Origin: Raillietiella orientalis
Lineage: Eukaryota
Length of the DNA stretch: 64,000 nucleotides
Assembly (NCBI GenBank): GCA_036172245.1
Contig: JAYWIR010000008.1
Location: 3,286,001 to 3,350,000, forward strand
Direction: 5' to 3'
The translations under genes and the position numbers were made by a program. How positions within the stretch are numbered: position 1 is the stretch's first letter; every line of letters begins with the position of its first letter. Under the pieces are notes generated by a model. It had not been told where the DNA came from. It worked only from the letters and a program-made list of their open reading frames with translations, and ran no database searches. Below are positions 11,891 to 24,062 of this stretch, one piece after another.

Positions 11891-13091
11891 GCATACGTTT
11901 CGGGGTTTCGATCGGCACTGCGGCAGACGCTGCCTTTCAGGTCCCGTCGACCGGCCGATTTCTGTCTTTTCCTGGGGTCTTCCTGGAACCCGCACCTCCG
12001 AGGAACCCTTTTCGAGTTCCTGGCTAACCCCGACAGGTTCCCGATCGGCAGGACAGGCGGTGAGACCTTCCTTTTCCCCGGCCGGACGGCAGGGAGGGGC
12101 AGGACGGGGCGCGGCGGGATCCACTCCCTCCCTCCCTCCTTTCTTGGGCGGGTGAGCGCCTTCCGGAACCGAGCCCGTGACTCCTCGTTCCTTCCCTATG
12201 GAGCAGCGTGCTGCCCGCTGGCCGCTTCGGCTCCGCCGGCGGATTCACCGCTTCGCCCCATCTCTGCCGCCCCCTCTCGCGGACTCTGCACGCTGGTGCT
12301 GCTTGTGTCGGAGTTCAGCACCGAGGTCCGTCCCCCTTCCTACGCCTGGAAGTCAGCGAGCGTCGCATGGTAGGGGCAGCTGGCAGCTGAAGGACGGCTC
12401 TGCCTGACCGGACTCTCTCTATGGATCTTCTGACCGATCTGTGTGACGTGGCACCTGGATAAAACTTTCGAGATCTTTTCGAAGGTTCCCCTCCTCCCCC
12501 CCCCCATCTCGAAAAATGGGAAGAGTTCGGATCCTCCTCGTCTTTTGCTCGATGCCGCGAAACCGACTGACTCGGACACTCCTTGAACTCGACCCTCGCC
12601 GACTCTGAGCCGAGTTCAAGGTCGCTGGCTCCTGCATCCTCGACTTTCGCTTCCTTTGCTTCAAGTTGGGAGCAGAAGAGAGCGATTGGATGATGCCCTC
12701 TGCTCACATGCACGGGTCCCTAGCGTTGAGTGGTTTCTCTCCCCCCCCCCTCCTCTCCGCTTGCCTGGTCATCCCGGAACTTCAGAGATGCGTTTGTTTT
12801 TTTTTGGAGTTTTCCTTCCATCCCTCCCTTCCCCCTTTCCAGCACGAGAGAGGTCTCCTGGGACCTCCGTGCTCCAGGCGATGGAAGATCTCCAGGGATC
12901 TAAGCGTACAAGCGTCCTTCTATTCTCGCTTCTTCGCGCAGCTTCCATAGATCCAAACGATCTTTCACCTGACGACTGCTGGCGGCAGAAATCTTCGGCT
13001 GCAGGGGGAGGTCGCCTTTTATTTGGTCCCGTCAGAGGACGCAGAGTTTGCCAGAGGCACCCTGGAGTTGAGGCGGAGAGGAGGGAAGCTA

Positions 13092-13230
13092 CCGCGGGGC
13101 GGTTGCTGCGAGAGACTTTTCCCGCTTCCCAGATCCTCCCGTGCGTTGGCAGGGGAGGTCCACTCGACCTTTGCCCTCCTCCAGACTTCTCGCTATCCCG
13201 GAGGGTAAAGGGCGTCTGCTCCAGCGCTTC
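13092..13230. repeat. Dispersed repeat, copy 2 (copy 1 at 6902-7047)
   Basis: Direct sequence similarity to 6902-7047. Confidence 0.85.
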
Positions 13231-14626
13231 CGCGAGGCGCGCAAGAAGGCGGGAAGCGGGGCACGTCCAGAGGCGCCACTTCCACCGGAATCCCCGCCAA
13301 GGTTCGAGGGGTAGCTGCTGCTGCCCGCCCCTGCCGGGTGCTGCTCAGCGGTCGCTACTAACTCCAGTTAGCAGCGTCCGAGGAGAAGGTCAGTGCTGCG
13401 AGGCTGATTCCTGGCAGACCAAGGGCTCACGGAAACGGGCGTCGCAGCTGCGTTCCGGGACGACACCCGTACCTCTCGGTTGGCGCCCTTCGTCCCCCCG
13501 AGCACCCCTCTTCCTGACGGACTCTTCGCATCCCCTGCCCGTCTACGACGACGAGGACGTCGCCGCCTCGGTAAGGTTTCGAGCATTCCCCGCGGCTCCT
13601 CGATCCGCCGCGCGGTTCTTCTGCGAAGCCGAGCCGTTTTCCCCGCTTCTTGTGGTGGCAGCTGGCCGGCTCGCCCTCCTAGCGGAGGTGGCAGAAAAAG
13701 GAAGTCCTGGACGGCTCCGTCCACCGCCTCCACTTGAAGGTCAAGGCAGCGCTGAGGGGCGGCGGGAAGAAGGCCGAGGAAAGGGACGGCCCTTTCCTCT
13801 TTAAGTGGAAGTCAAAAAGGAATGAAAGGCGGGGGAGAGAGGTGAGGTGAGGGGGAACATGCACCCAGCAGTAGAGAGATCTTCCTCCTGGAGTTTCTCG
13901 CTAGCATCTCTATCTGGGAGCATCTGCTGGGTGAGATCTATTTCCGCATCCTCGGTGATTTATGCGTCTTCGGGGAAGCCTGCAGCGCATTCGTACGAAT
14001 TCTTGGCGGTTTCCATTTTTAGGACTCCCGACGAAAACCGCAGCGTAAACAAATCGTGTCGGAAGGAAGGGGGGCGGGGAGTTACCATGGAGACGAAAGG
14101 GCACTGGCAGCGGCTTCGCGCGCCGGAATGGCAGAGAACGAGTGCGACGTCGGTCGCTCCGCCAGCCGGGAATCAGCCCCAGGCATTCTCGGAGAGCGAG
14201 CGAGGAGCTCGAGGGAAGGCGCCGCCTTAGGAAAGACGGGAAGGAGGGAACGGGGCGAGGGAGCGGGAAGGCTTCCCGGAGTACCCCTACCTTCCCCCTA
14301 CTCCCTCTGCTCCCCTGAAAGGGAGCGAGGAGCTGTCGTCGCCCGAGAGCCTGCTTGCTGCCCCCGCCGAGGCCAACAGGCCCTGCGGCGGCGCACGTGC
14401 GCGCGAGAGAGAGAGCGCATCTCGGGCATCTCCAGACGCGGCGGCGGTGTCCTTCCTCCTCCTCGTCTCTCCCTGCCTCCCGCCTCCCCCTTTCCTGAGA
14501 GATCGTTCGCCCGGTTCGCTCGCTCGCTTCCGCTTCTGGTGAGCGAGGGCGCGCGCGCGCATTCCCGAAAGGGACCCCTTCGCAGAGGCAGCAGTCGCGC
14601 GCACGTCGTCCGAGGTGATCGGAGCC

Positions 14627-17600
14627 ATGGAAACCTTGTGCTGGACCATCCTGCTGTCTTGCCTGTGCGCAGGAGCGCAGAAGCACAGGGAAGACCCCTC
14701 TTCCCCTGGACATGGAATCACGTAAAGACTTTTCTGTGTTGGGAGGGGAGGGGGCGGAGCGAAAGAGGAGCTGGGGTGGCGTGAGGGCAAAAGCAGGGAG
14801 AATGGGGTGGGCAGGCGGACCTGTCCCGTTCCTCCCACTTTCTCTTTCACGAGTGTTCCACGTGGCTTCGCGCGAAAGACGAGTTGGGAGGAGCTCCCGT
14901 GGAAGAGAGAAGGGATGGGATGGGAGGAAGAGTCGCAAGGGGGAGGCGGGAAGGCGCAGCTTTTCCGCCCTGTTCGTCCTTTGGGGTACACTCCTCCCCA
15001 TCCCTACCACCTGTCGATTGCTTGCGCAAGTCGGCCGAAGAGGCGGCTGGCAACGCTCTTCCTGCTCGCTGGCACCCTTCTCCGAAGGAGGTCGACCTCC
15101 GCGCACTGCCTATGGAGGGTTCCCTGTCGTCCTTGCAAGTTCCAGCTACCCCTCTCCCCCCCCCCCTCCTCCTCCTCCTCTCCACTGCCCGCCAAAAGCC
15201 GGGATGCTCGCTTGCTGCCTCCCGGGAGAGCGGCAGCCAGAGGCAGCAGGGCGGGAGGCGCTTCCTTCCGAGCCCGCGTTCCCACATCCGTTCCTCCTCC
15301 TCGTTCCTTCTCCCGCGTCGCGTGCCTTCCTCGGATGGCGGGAGCGCCAATGGTTAGCAGAACCGGGAGGAGCACCAGCGACTTCTGGCGGTGGCCGCCA
15401 GAAGCTGCGGATCCCGTGGCAAGCAGGCGGTCCTCCAGCTCGGAGCCGGCGCCGCCCTCCCGGAGGTCTCGGCTCCAGCTCAGCAGGCGCTAGGGTGGGG
15501 CGGGAAAGGGGCTGATTCGCTCTCTCCCTCTCAGGAGTTGCGCGCGCGTTCCTAGGACAACGGGGCTCCCGCGAGCCATCTTTTTTTCCCTCCCCATTCC
15601 CCTTCTATTGCAGCCACAACGATATCAAGGAGGCGATCTTAGCGCTGCAAAAGTCGGTCATCTCCCTGGGGGACAAGCTGCAACGTCACGAGCTGCGGTC
15701 GACCTCAGCGGACGAGCAGATCCTCAGGCAGGCCAAGAAGCTGGAAGGCTCCAGGAGCGACCTGGACCACAACGTGGACAGCGTGGGGGACAGTCTGGTG
15801 CGGATGGAGACCCGCATGCAGAAGACGGAGGAGACCATCGAGCAGGTACGCGTCCTCCCCGCCCCTTTGAGCCCACTTCCTCCTTTCCTCCTCTTGGACG
15901 GCCAAGAAGCAACGCGTTCCTGGAAAGGAGGAGAAAAAGACATGGCTTCCCCTCTTTCTCTCCCGTCCTGTCATCACCTCATCGAAGGGTGGAAGGGACG
16001 AACGTTTGGGGTGTGCGGAGGGGAAGGGAAGGGGGCAGAAGTTACGCGCCGCCCGCAGAGGCGGACGATGCCGCCGCACGCACATCCCCAGAGAAGTGCC
16101 CGTTCGAGCACACCAGCCACGGGAAGCGAGGTGATTCCCTACAGCAGCGGCGGGGCATACTCAGCAAAGTGTGTGTGAAACTCGGCAGCGTGGCGAGAAA
16201 GGGGGAATGCGAACCGTCCCTCCCGGGCGACGGGCGCAATGGCAGGGCGCAGGGCATGTGCATGCACCTGAGAAAAGAAAGAAAGGAAGCAAAGGAAGGC
16301 AGCAGCGCCCAACCAGTCAGTCATAAGAGGTCAGTCATAGGAGGCCGCGCGGAATGAAGAAGGAAGTGTGCGAGCACTACGCAGCGCTTGAATGAGGGCA
16401 ACTCGTACGCTTGGGGAGACATGGGGTGTGCATGACTTCCCCTTCCCTTCCTCTTCCTCCTTCCTTCCTTCTCCCTTTCTTCCTCCTCTGTTTTCCTTTT
16501 CCATCCTGAGTTCCTCCTCCATCCTCCCTCATCCTTTTGCAGCACGCGACGTCTCCGTGGTTGGCAACATCTTGTGAGGTTGAGGGTGCCAAACAAGCGC
16601 TGCCGGCGCTTGCCTCAACTCCACGCGGTGCTCTCAGCCTGACGCACCCCTTTCCCTCCCTGCCTCACTCCCTGCTCTTGGGCAGCATGGGTCCGCAGGT
16701 TCATTTCTCTTGGAATTTTGATCACAACGTCCCGAGTTCCGGAGGTCACCCCTGACTCTCCCCTTCCATCAGGCAAGCGATCCTTTCTCACTTCTTTTCT
16801 TGGACCAAAAGAGCGCAACAATGTGGGAGCAGGATAGGACGGCGTCAGGGAGGAAAGAAGGGAGTTCTTCCTTCCGACTCAGCGGTGTGGCGTGGCACCA
16901 TCGAACCAGAGAGGAGAAGAGAAGAAGCCGGAAGACCAGGCGGGCATTCTTGTCGGTGGCTTCTTGTTCCTCCTCCGGAGAACCCTCTCTTCCCCGTAGG
17001 CAACGGGCGGCTCTCCAGGTTGCCGAAAGCTGGGTGGGGGTGTTTTCCACTTCCAGTCGGTGCTTAAGAGGGGGAATTCGCCCTTCTCTAGGGGAAGAAG
17101 GGCCCTCGAGCACGGCTCTCGGCGCGGTCGAGGCTTCCTTGGCGCCAGGCATTCCGCATCTCGGTCTCTCCTGCGGGACTGGCACCAACATTGAGTCTCC
17201 TGGCGAGAGCTAGCCCTCTGACGGCGAGGACGCAGGAGAATGGGCACCGCCGCTTTACGTCCCTGTCTCTCTCTCTCCGTCCCTTCCTCCGAATCGAGAG
17301 AATGCGAGGGAGATTTACACACACGCGCGACCAGGAGAGGGGAACTCTCATATCCAGGAGGGGGTAGGAAGAGCGCCGAGGCAGTCGCTCCACGTGGATG
17401 CTCCTATCGGCGGATCGGAGGGGATCCTCCTCCATCCTTTCCCCCTCTCCCTTCTCCTCACCCCTTCCACAGCCCCTCCTCCCCTCGGCCCCACCACAGG
17501 ACTCTTCGGGGCGCGTCCCGGAGGTTTCCTCCTGTTTCCGACTCCCCTCTTTCCCTTTTCGCCCTTCCAGATGAGGGAGGAGCAGAGGAGCAGCAACCAG

Positions 17601-18962
17601 CGCTTCGATGCCATCCTCAAGAACCTGCTGAAGCTGGTGGCGGACAGGGGCCAGCCAGGAGCCCTCCCTCAAGAGCTCTTCTCCTACGCGGACCGCAAGG
17701 CGGAATCCCTGAGGGATGAAATGTTGAGGTCCTTCGGGCGCCTGAGCGGCGAGCTGGAACACACCGCCGAGAGGGTCGCCCGCCAGGGGACGCGCCTGGA
17801 GGAGCTTCTGAACGCGTCTGCGGGCGCAAGCGCCGACGTGCTCCACGGTCTGCATACCCTGGAGCCCCTGCTCAGCAGGGTGTCGTCCGGGATGGCTCAG
17901 TGGCTCAGCAGGATGAACTTCTCGCTGTGGTACAGCCACAACGGAGGGCTGACCGTCGAGGAATACTCGCATGGGGCGTCGTCCCACGAGGAGCTGTCCA
18001 AGTTCATGGAGAAGCAGGACGCCCTCGCGAGCGAGCTGATCCACCGGCAGGACGCCATCCTGCAGCGCCTGGTGGCGATGTCGGAGGTGGCGACGGCTGA
18101 CGGCGGCGGCGGGGACGACCTGCAGCTGCCCACCGTGCGGCGTGACCTACTGGCGTCCCTGAACGCGAGCGAGAAGGAGACGCAGAGCCAGCTGGCCAAG
18201 CTGTACGTCGAGTGGGCGTTCCAGCGGGAGGAGCTGCTGTCGCGCCTGACCGGCGTCGACGAGTCCCTGAAGGACATCCAGGAGACGACGGGAAGCAAGC
18301 TCGACGAGCTCTCGCGGGAGCTGCGCGGCCTGTCGAACGTGGAGAGCGTCGTCCTGGAGACGGCGGATAGCGTCCTGTCCACGAAACGCCGGGTGGAGTA
18401 CGGGATCCAGCAGATCCTGCTGGAGATCGGGGACGCCGTGCGGGTGACCGCGAACGACCTCAACTCCACCATCCTCGGGGGCATCAACAGCGTTGCCCGA
18501 GATATCCTGGCGAAGCAGTCCAACTCGATGCTCAACATGACCTTCAGCCTGGGCAGCAACATCGAGCAGATCTGGCGCCAGATCGGTGTCATGTACCTCC
18601 AGCTGACCCAGTCCCGCGACCTGCTGGCCAACGTGGAGAACCAGACCAAGGTGTACGTCAACTCGAGTCTGAACACGGTGGGCCACATGGGCGGGCAAGT
18701 GGGCGAGGTGCTCGACAGGATGGCCCAGGTGGAGGACAACCTGAACTTCCTACTGGGCAGGTTGTCCCTGGTCGCCTCCGAGTTCAACGTCATGAAGTCC
18801 ACCGTGGGCGAGGAGCTGGGCGCCATGAGGGAGAAGATCGCGGGCGCACAGAGCACGTTCGCCTCCGGGACGGCGGAGAAGCCCGCCGCGGGAAGCGCGG
18901 GCGAAGAACACCAGTCGGCCCCCAAGCGCAAGGGGCCGTTCCCCATCGGAAGTACCCGCTAG
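14627..18962 (+). CDS. Secreted alpha-helical/coiled-coil arthropod protein, 572 aa; resembles the family I recall being annotated paramyosin-like/doublesex-cognate-73A (name uncertain). Exons 14627-14721, 15614-15845, 17571-18962
   Basis: GCCATGG start context and signal-peptide-like METLCWTILLSCLCAGA. Phase-consistent GT-AG introns give GITHNDIKEAILAL...DKLQRHELR. Strong GC3 codon bias. Conserved-looking C-terminus ETADSVLSTKRRVEYGIQQILLEIGD...IWRQIGVMYLQL...NLNFLLGRLSLVASEFN. ATTAAA at 19768-19773. Confidence 0.88.
17371..17524. repeat. Dispersed direct repeat, copy 1 (copy 2 at 19538-19675)
   Basis: Shared GAGCGCCGAGGC.GTCGC.CCACGTGGATGCTC...GATCGGAGG...CAGGACTC..CGGG.CGCGTCCCGGAGG. Confidence 0.8.
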
Positions 18963-19537
18963 GAGGCGTCTGGAAGAGGCGCCCTGCTTCGCTACGGGGT
19001 AGCGGTGCGGAGGGGCGCCGCGACCTCCTCCCCCTCCTCCTCCCTCTGCCGTCGCTCCCGGCAGCGCGGGACTCGCAGAGACCCCCGGCGCGGGAAAGAG
19101 GCCGCGCGGTCGCGCCCCTTCCACGGCCCCGTCCCAACTTCAGTCCTCTGCCTCGGTTTTTTCTCCCCTCCTCCTCCCTTTCTCGTGGTGAGCGCAGGAA
19201 TGGGAGACCTCGGCTCCCCCTCCCCTTCCAGGCTGCTCTGGATGAGATGCCGGACCTCCTACTTAGCTCCCGGGGGACTCAGTGTGGGGCGAAGTGGACG
19301 TGAGGAACGACCTCTTCTACCTCCGCACTCCCTCCTGGCTCTCCGTGCCTTAGGACTATTTACGGGGAACGGAGCGATCCCCTTCCCCCGCAACCCCCAA
19401 AGTTGGTTCCCCTACCCTCTTCTCCTCGCCCCTGTCCTCACACCTGCATGGAAGGAAAGATTCGCATCTGGGAGACGAGATTCAGCGCCGCCTCCGGAGC
19501 CAACTCTGCGTTCTTCAGCTCGCAAGGGGGGAGGGGG

Positions 19538-19675
19538 GAGCGCCGAGGCGGTCGCGCCACGTGGATGCTCGGCTGATCGGAGGAGACCCCTCCTCCCCCC
19601 TCCCTTCTCCCCATCCCCTCTATGATCCTTCCTTTTCTTGGCCGCCGCAGGACTCCGCGGGACGCGTCCCGGAGG
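19538..19675. repeat. Dispersed direct repeat, copy 2 (copy 1 at 17371-17524)
   Basis: Direct sequence similarity to 17371-17524. Confidence 0.8.
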
Positions 19676-22600
19676 GAGCTGGATGTTCCCTGCTGCCGCT
19701 ACCCGGCTTCCTGGATCTTCGAGGTCTTCGGCGCCGCCGCCGCGCCTCCCTCCCACCCCTTCCGGCAATTAAAGCGAATTCTGCAGGAGTAGCAGCAGCC
19801 GTCCTTGTGTTTCACTCCGGGGCTCGCCCCCCGGGAGCGCTGGGGAGCGCCCCTCCCTCCCGCGTAGGAGGGAGGAAGTCACCAGGGTCTCCCTCCCCCC
19901 CCTCTTCATGTCACCTGGCTCAGCCTCCTCGTCCTGGCCCCGCGACGTACCGCCGCAGTCTGCACTCCCCGCACTCTGCCCCAGGAGCGCGTGCCTCCGC
20001 CTTCTTTCCTCCAGGTTCCCGCAAGAAGCGTGCGCCCTCCCCCCTCCCTACTCCGGAGGACGAGGAAAGCCCGGGACTGCGTCAGCTGCTGTTCGCCGTC
20101 ACCCGACGGTTCCCTCCGGAAAGGCAGCGGCAGGACCTCTTCGCCATCCCTCCACTCCCCACTTCGTCCTTGGGACGCCCCCTCCCCTCATTCTTCTCGG
20201 GTAGCACCCTTCCTTCGAGCCGGTCAGCAGCGGCCCCACTGGGAACGGACTCACGCGAAACCCGGTGCGCCCCGGAGTCTTCCGAGAGGGCGAGACCTCC
20301 CGTGCCCTTCCTCGCTTCTTCCTCTGCAACCACCCTCGGTTGGCGAGCGCTCTACCCTCCCCCTTCCCCCTCCAACCCCCTTTCCCGGTGGACGTACGAT
20401 GGGCCGCGCGGAGCTCGGGAGGACGTCACGGGGATCGATGCAGCGGCGACGCTCCGCTTCCTTCAGCGGTACGGACGAACGACCACGTGGAGCGCGCACA
20501 CCTCCTCCCCCCGTCCCCCGTGGGGTAGGGGAGGGCGGGAGGACGCCGATCAGCCACCCTGCCACCGAGTGGAGACCGCCAGCGCCACTGCCGGCCAGAT
20601 TCGAACCGCGCAGCCCCGCGCGCGCACGACCGCAGCTCCTACGACTGGTGATCGGCGAGTCGATCAAACGACCGTGGAAAGCGGGACCAGCCTCCCATCC
20701 CCCCCTCTCTTGCCGCTTCCAGCATTTTGGGGGAAGAGGGGAGGAGGAGCCGAGCCACCCGAGGTCGGACAGCCACTTTGAAGACACTTTGATCTTAGCC
20801 AAAAGGCCGAGGAAAAGGCGTGACTCTGGCGCGGCCTCTCTCCTCCGCTGCCACAAACGGCTTTCCTACGCGGAAGACCCGAAGAGGGCGGGGCGAGAGA
20901 GGGCTGCGCCCACGGCGCGCGTGCCTGAAGTTCCAGTATCCTGAAAGAACAGACTGTCGCTGCTTGCAAATAAACGCATGCGTGGACGAGGGCGGAGGAA
21001 CGCAAGGAGGTTTTTGCTTCTCGGGTGCCCTCTCTCTCCCTTAAGGCGAGAACCCTATCTGAAGGAGGAAGAGGGAAGTGGGGATCCTTTCTTTCTAGCT
21101 CTTCCTGCCTGGGCACCGGCTGACACGCTTTGCGGTCAGCACGGGATGCTATGCGCGCCACCATACGCTCGGTCTCTTGAACTCTTCTTTTCGAAAGAGT
21201 CGAATAGAGCCATCGGAAGAGTTTCCTCAGGAGATGGCAGACAAAAAAAAGATGCTGGTTTGCATCTTGAGTGGCATTGGCTTCATCGATTCTGCTTTGC
21301 TTTGTTCCGCTTCCGACGGGTTTTCTTCAATTGACAAGCGAGCTTCGGCGTGTTGCTGATAGATGTCAGGGGGTTTCCCAAGCAAGTAGTAGTAGCAGTA
21401 TGGGTGAGCCACGGAGGCGAAGTCAAGCATCTCGACAAACTGTTCAGTGCTGAAGCGCGTGCCACTCAAGCTTGGGTAATGATTTTATGTTTCTTTCTAT
21501 TTTTTTCCCCCTTTTCTATTTTCCTGCCTGAAGTTTGTTTTTGTTTTGTTTTGGGGCTGTGCGGCTTCGACGCGCGGGGGACAAAGAGAATCATATGGCG
21601 AAGAAACATGTGGTTCGTCTCCAGTGATTGGAGGGGGGGGGGAGGTGGTGAGAGAGAGAAGAAATGCGAGTGAGATTTCGGAAGCCGTTCGTGGAACCAA
21701 TGCATTCTGGAATTTTTGCCGGAGGGGAACGGATGAATTTCGTTTTAACAGTTCGTCTGCGCACGGAAGCACTCGTTTGGGATGCGTGCGGAGGGGGTAA
21801 GGGAGGGGAGGGTCCGAGCTGGACGAGGGAGGGAAACCGACGGTGGCGACGAAGCTCTTGCTGGCCGCGCGGTTCCTTCCGGCCCTCGCGGTCGCCGCTC
21901 CCGGCGCAGCGCGTTGTGGCTTTCCCTACGCGCGCAGCAGCACACCCCTCCCGCTCGCAGCCGTGCACCTCGACCCACCCTCATGCCTGCACGACAGCGG
22001 CGTTTGCTTTGAATCGCGGCGGGACGGCGACATACTCCGCTCCTACCAGCGAGAGCGGTCCGCCTCTCGCGTCCCCGGATTCGAACACCGCTTCCCCTTT
22101 CTGGGTTCAATGGGATTCCCCTCAGGACTGGTGCGGCACAAGTGGACGTGGATCTTCCAAAACCATTAACGGTTTTACTTGTATTCATCTTTCGGGGGGC
22201 GGACGAGGTTGGCGAGCGCACTGCGATTCGCCCTCGGAAAGTCGAGGATTCCCTCCCCTCCCCCTCTCTGGAGAGACTGGAAGTCGCAGGCTTGCCAAAC
22301 TCCCCCCAGCGTTCCGATATGCCTTCGAGGCGTCCTCATGCGCGTCCTTCGTCCGTTCTTTGCGCGATTCCGGACGCGTTGGCGCTCTTCGACATTCTTG
22401 CGTGCTCTCCGCGACCCACGAAGCCTTTGTGTGGTAAACTGTGCGTGGGATCAGTATGAGCGTCCCGTCATCTGCGGGACCATCTGCCCTCATTTGCTGA
22501 AGCGAGCACGTGGTGAAGGAAACCGAAATTGCGGCAGCGCACGTTCCAGCACGCCGGCGGACGCCTAAAAATCGTGGGGCCGATGTGGCGAAGCGCCGAC

Positions 22601-23820
22601 GGACTTCTTCCGCGCTGTTGGCGGCTCAGAGGCTGTTGAATCGCGTTGGCGGAAGCACCGGAAGAAGTGGCTCGGGCCTCCTCCCTCTTTGGGTTGGGGT
22701 TCGCGTGCTTCGAGAGTTGCGTTTCGGGGAAGCCCTCGCCTTCCGAGGTGTTCGTTGAGTTCCGTGGTTTCGGCACGCTCGACGGGATCCGGATTTGGCG
22801 TTTCCCGCCGTGGAAGCGCCAAAAATCAGGCGCACTAGTCGCCGCCCCCTTTCCATCCGAACTTCAAGCGCGGGACCTTTCGGAGCCACGGGTTCGGCGT
22901 CCGACTCGTCGACGAGGTCACTCGGGCTGCAGGACCTCGTCGTGATGAGCTCCATCCGGCTGCGCACGACAAAGAAACCTTTCTGGGAAGGGCTCCGACG
23001 TTGCCTTGTCGCCTGCACGTGTGCCCGTGGTGGGCGAAGGAAGCCCCAGGGTGCTCCATGGGGGGAGGGGGTACACCGCCCTCCACACGCTCTCTGCCGA
23101 AGCCTTCCGCCAACGCCCCCGTCTCAGGCAGGCCGGGAGAGGCGACTCTGAGTGCCAGGATCACGTCGTCCGGACATCATCTCTTCCATCCGCGGGTGCC
23201 GCTTGGATGCACGCGGTCACCCGGAGGTGGTGATGCTGCTGGTACGAAAACAATTTCGACGGTGTTTTGTTTCTTGGAGCACCATTCTTCGCTGCGGATC
23301 TGCCGACGGTGAGGTGGCGCGAGGTCAACAGTCCTCCTCCGTAGTGGCGGCATACGGCTTCTTTTTCCCCTCCCGCCCATGGGATGCATCCCAAGCTAGA
23401 AAACAGGGAGGAGCGATCGGAGAAAATGCCTTGAGGGCTTGCCCGTTGCTGCGGACAGTCTCGATGCGGCGGCGGAGCCCTCGGCGGAGTTCCGGGAAGA
23501 CCGCCGCCGGCGACGTCTGGCGCGCAGCGCTCTGCGTCAGAGGATCGTGCGCACCAGCTGGTGATACACGGAGGTCGTCCGCGATCACGCGATGCTAACA
23601 CAGAAAAAAAAAAAAGAAGGAAAAAACAAGAATTTCGGTAGCTTGGCTGTTCTTGGACATGGTTCCGGGGGTGTCTACTGCGCAAGTCGTGATGTAACTT
23701 GGTGCGCAGTCATTAATTTGGGAACCACGGTCCTTCGTCCTATCCCTCGTGTCTTTTTCCCTCCCCCCCCCATCTCCTTTCGGGGAGAGGGGAGGAGAAA
23801 ACTGCGGTTTCAGGCAAGTG

Positions 23821-23836
23821 GCCATTTTGCTTCCGG
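23821..23836. promoter_or_regulatory. Adjacent YY1-like (GCCATTTT) and ETS-like (CTTCCGG) motifs in the putative PLA2G6 promoter
   Basis: GCCATTTTGCTTCCGG about 240 nt upstream of the ATG, in CpG-rich DNA. Motif match only. Confidence 0.35.
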
Positions 23837-24062
23837 CTGAGGTCTCCCGCTGCCCGAAACGGCGTTCCGCGAGCCGCACTTGTTTTGTTTTTTGCCGTGG
23901 CGCTTGCCGTCGCGGTGGCAACGGCATTGTTGAAGCGCCATTCCGGCGACCATGACCGACTGTGAGAACAGCGTCACTCGGTGGTTGCAGCTGCGGCCGC
24001 ATGTCCCATCGCACGCCGCCGCCGGTGAACCTGACCGCCGAAGACCACCCCAGCGAGCTGCG

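Noticed and set aside
17897..18946. 349-aa antisense ORF
   Set aside because: Shadow of the GC3-biased coding exon on the + strand.
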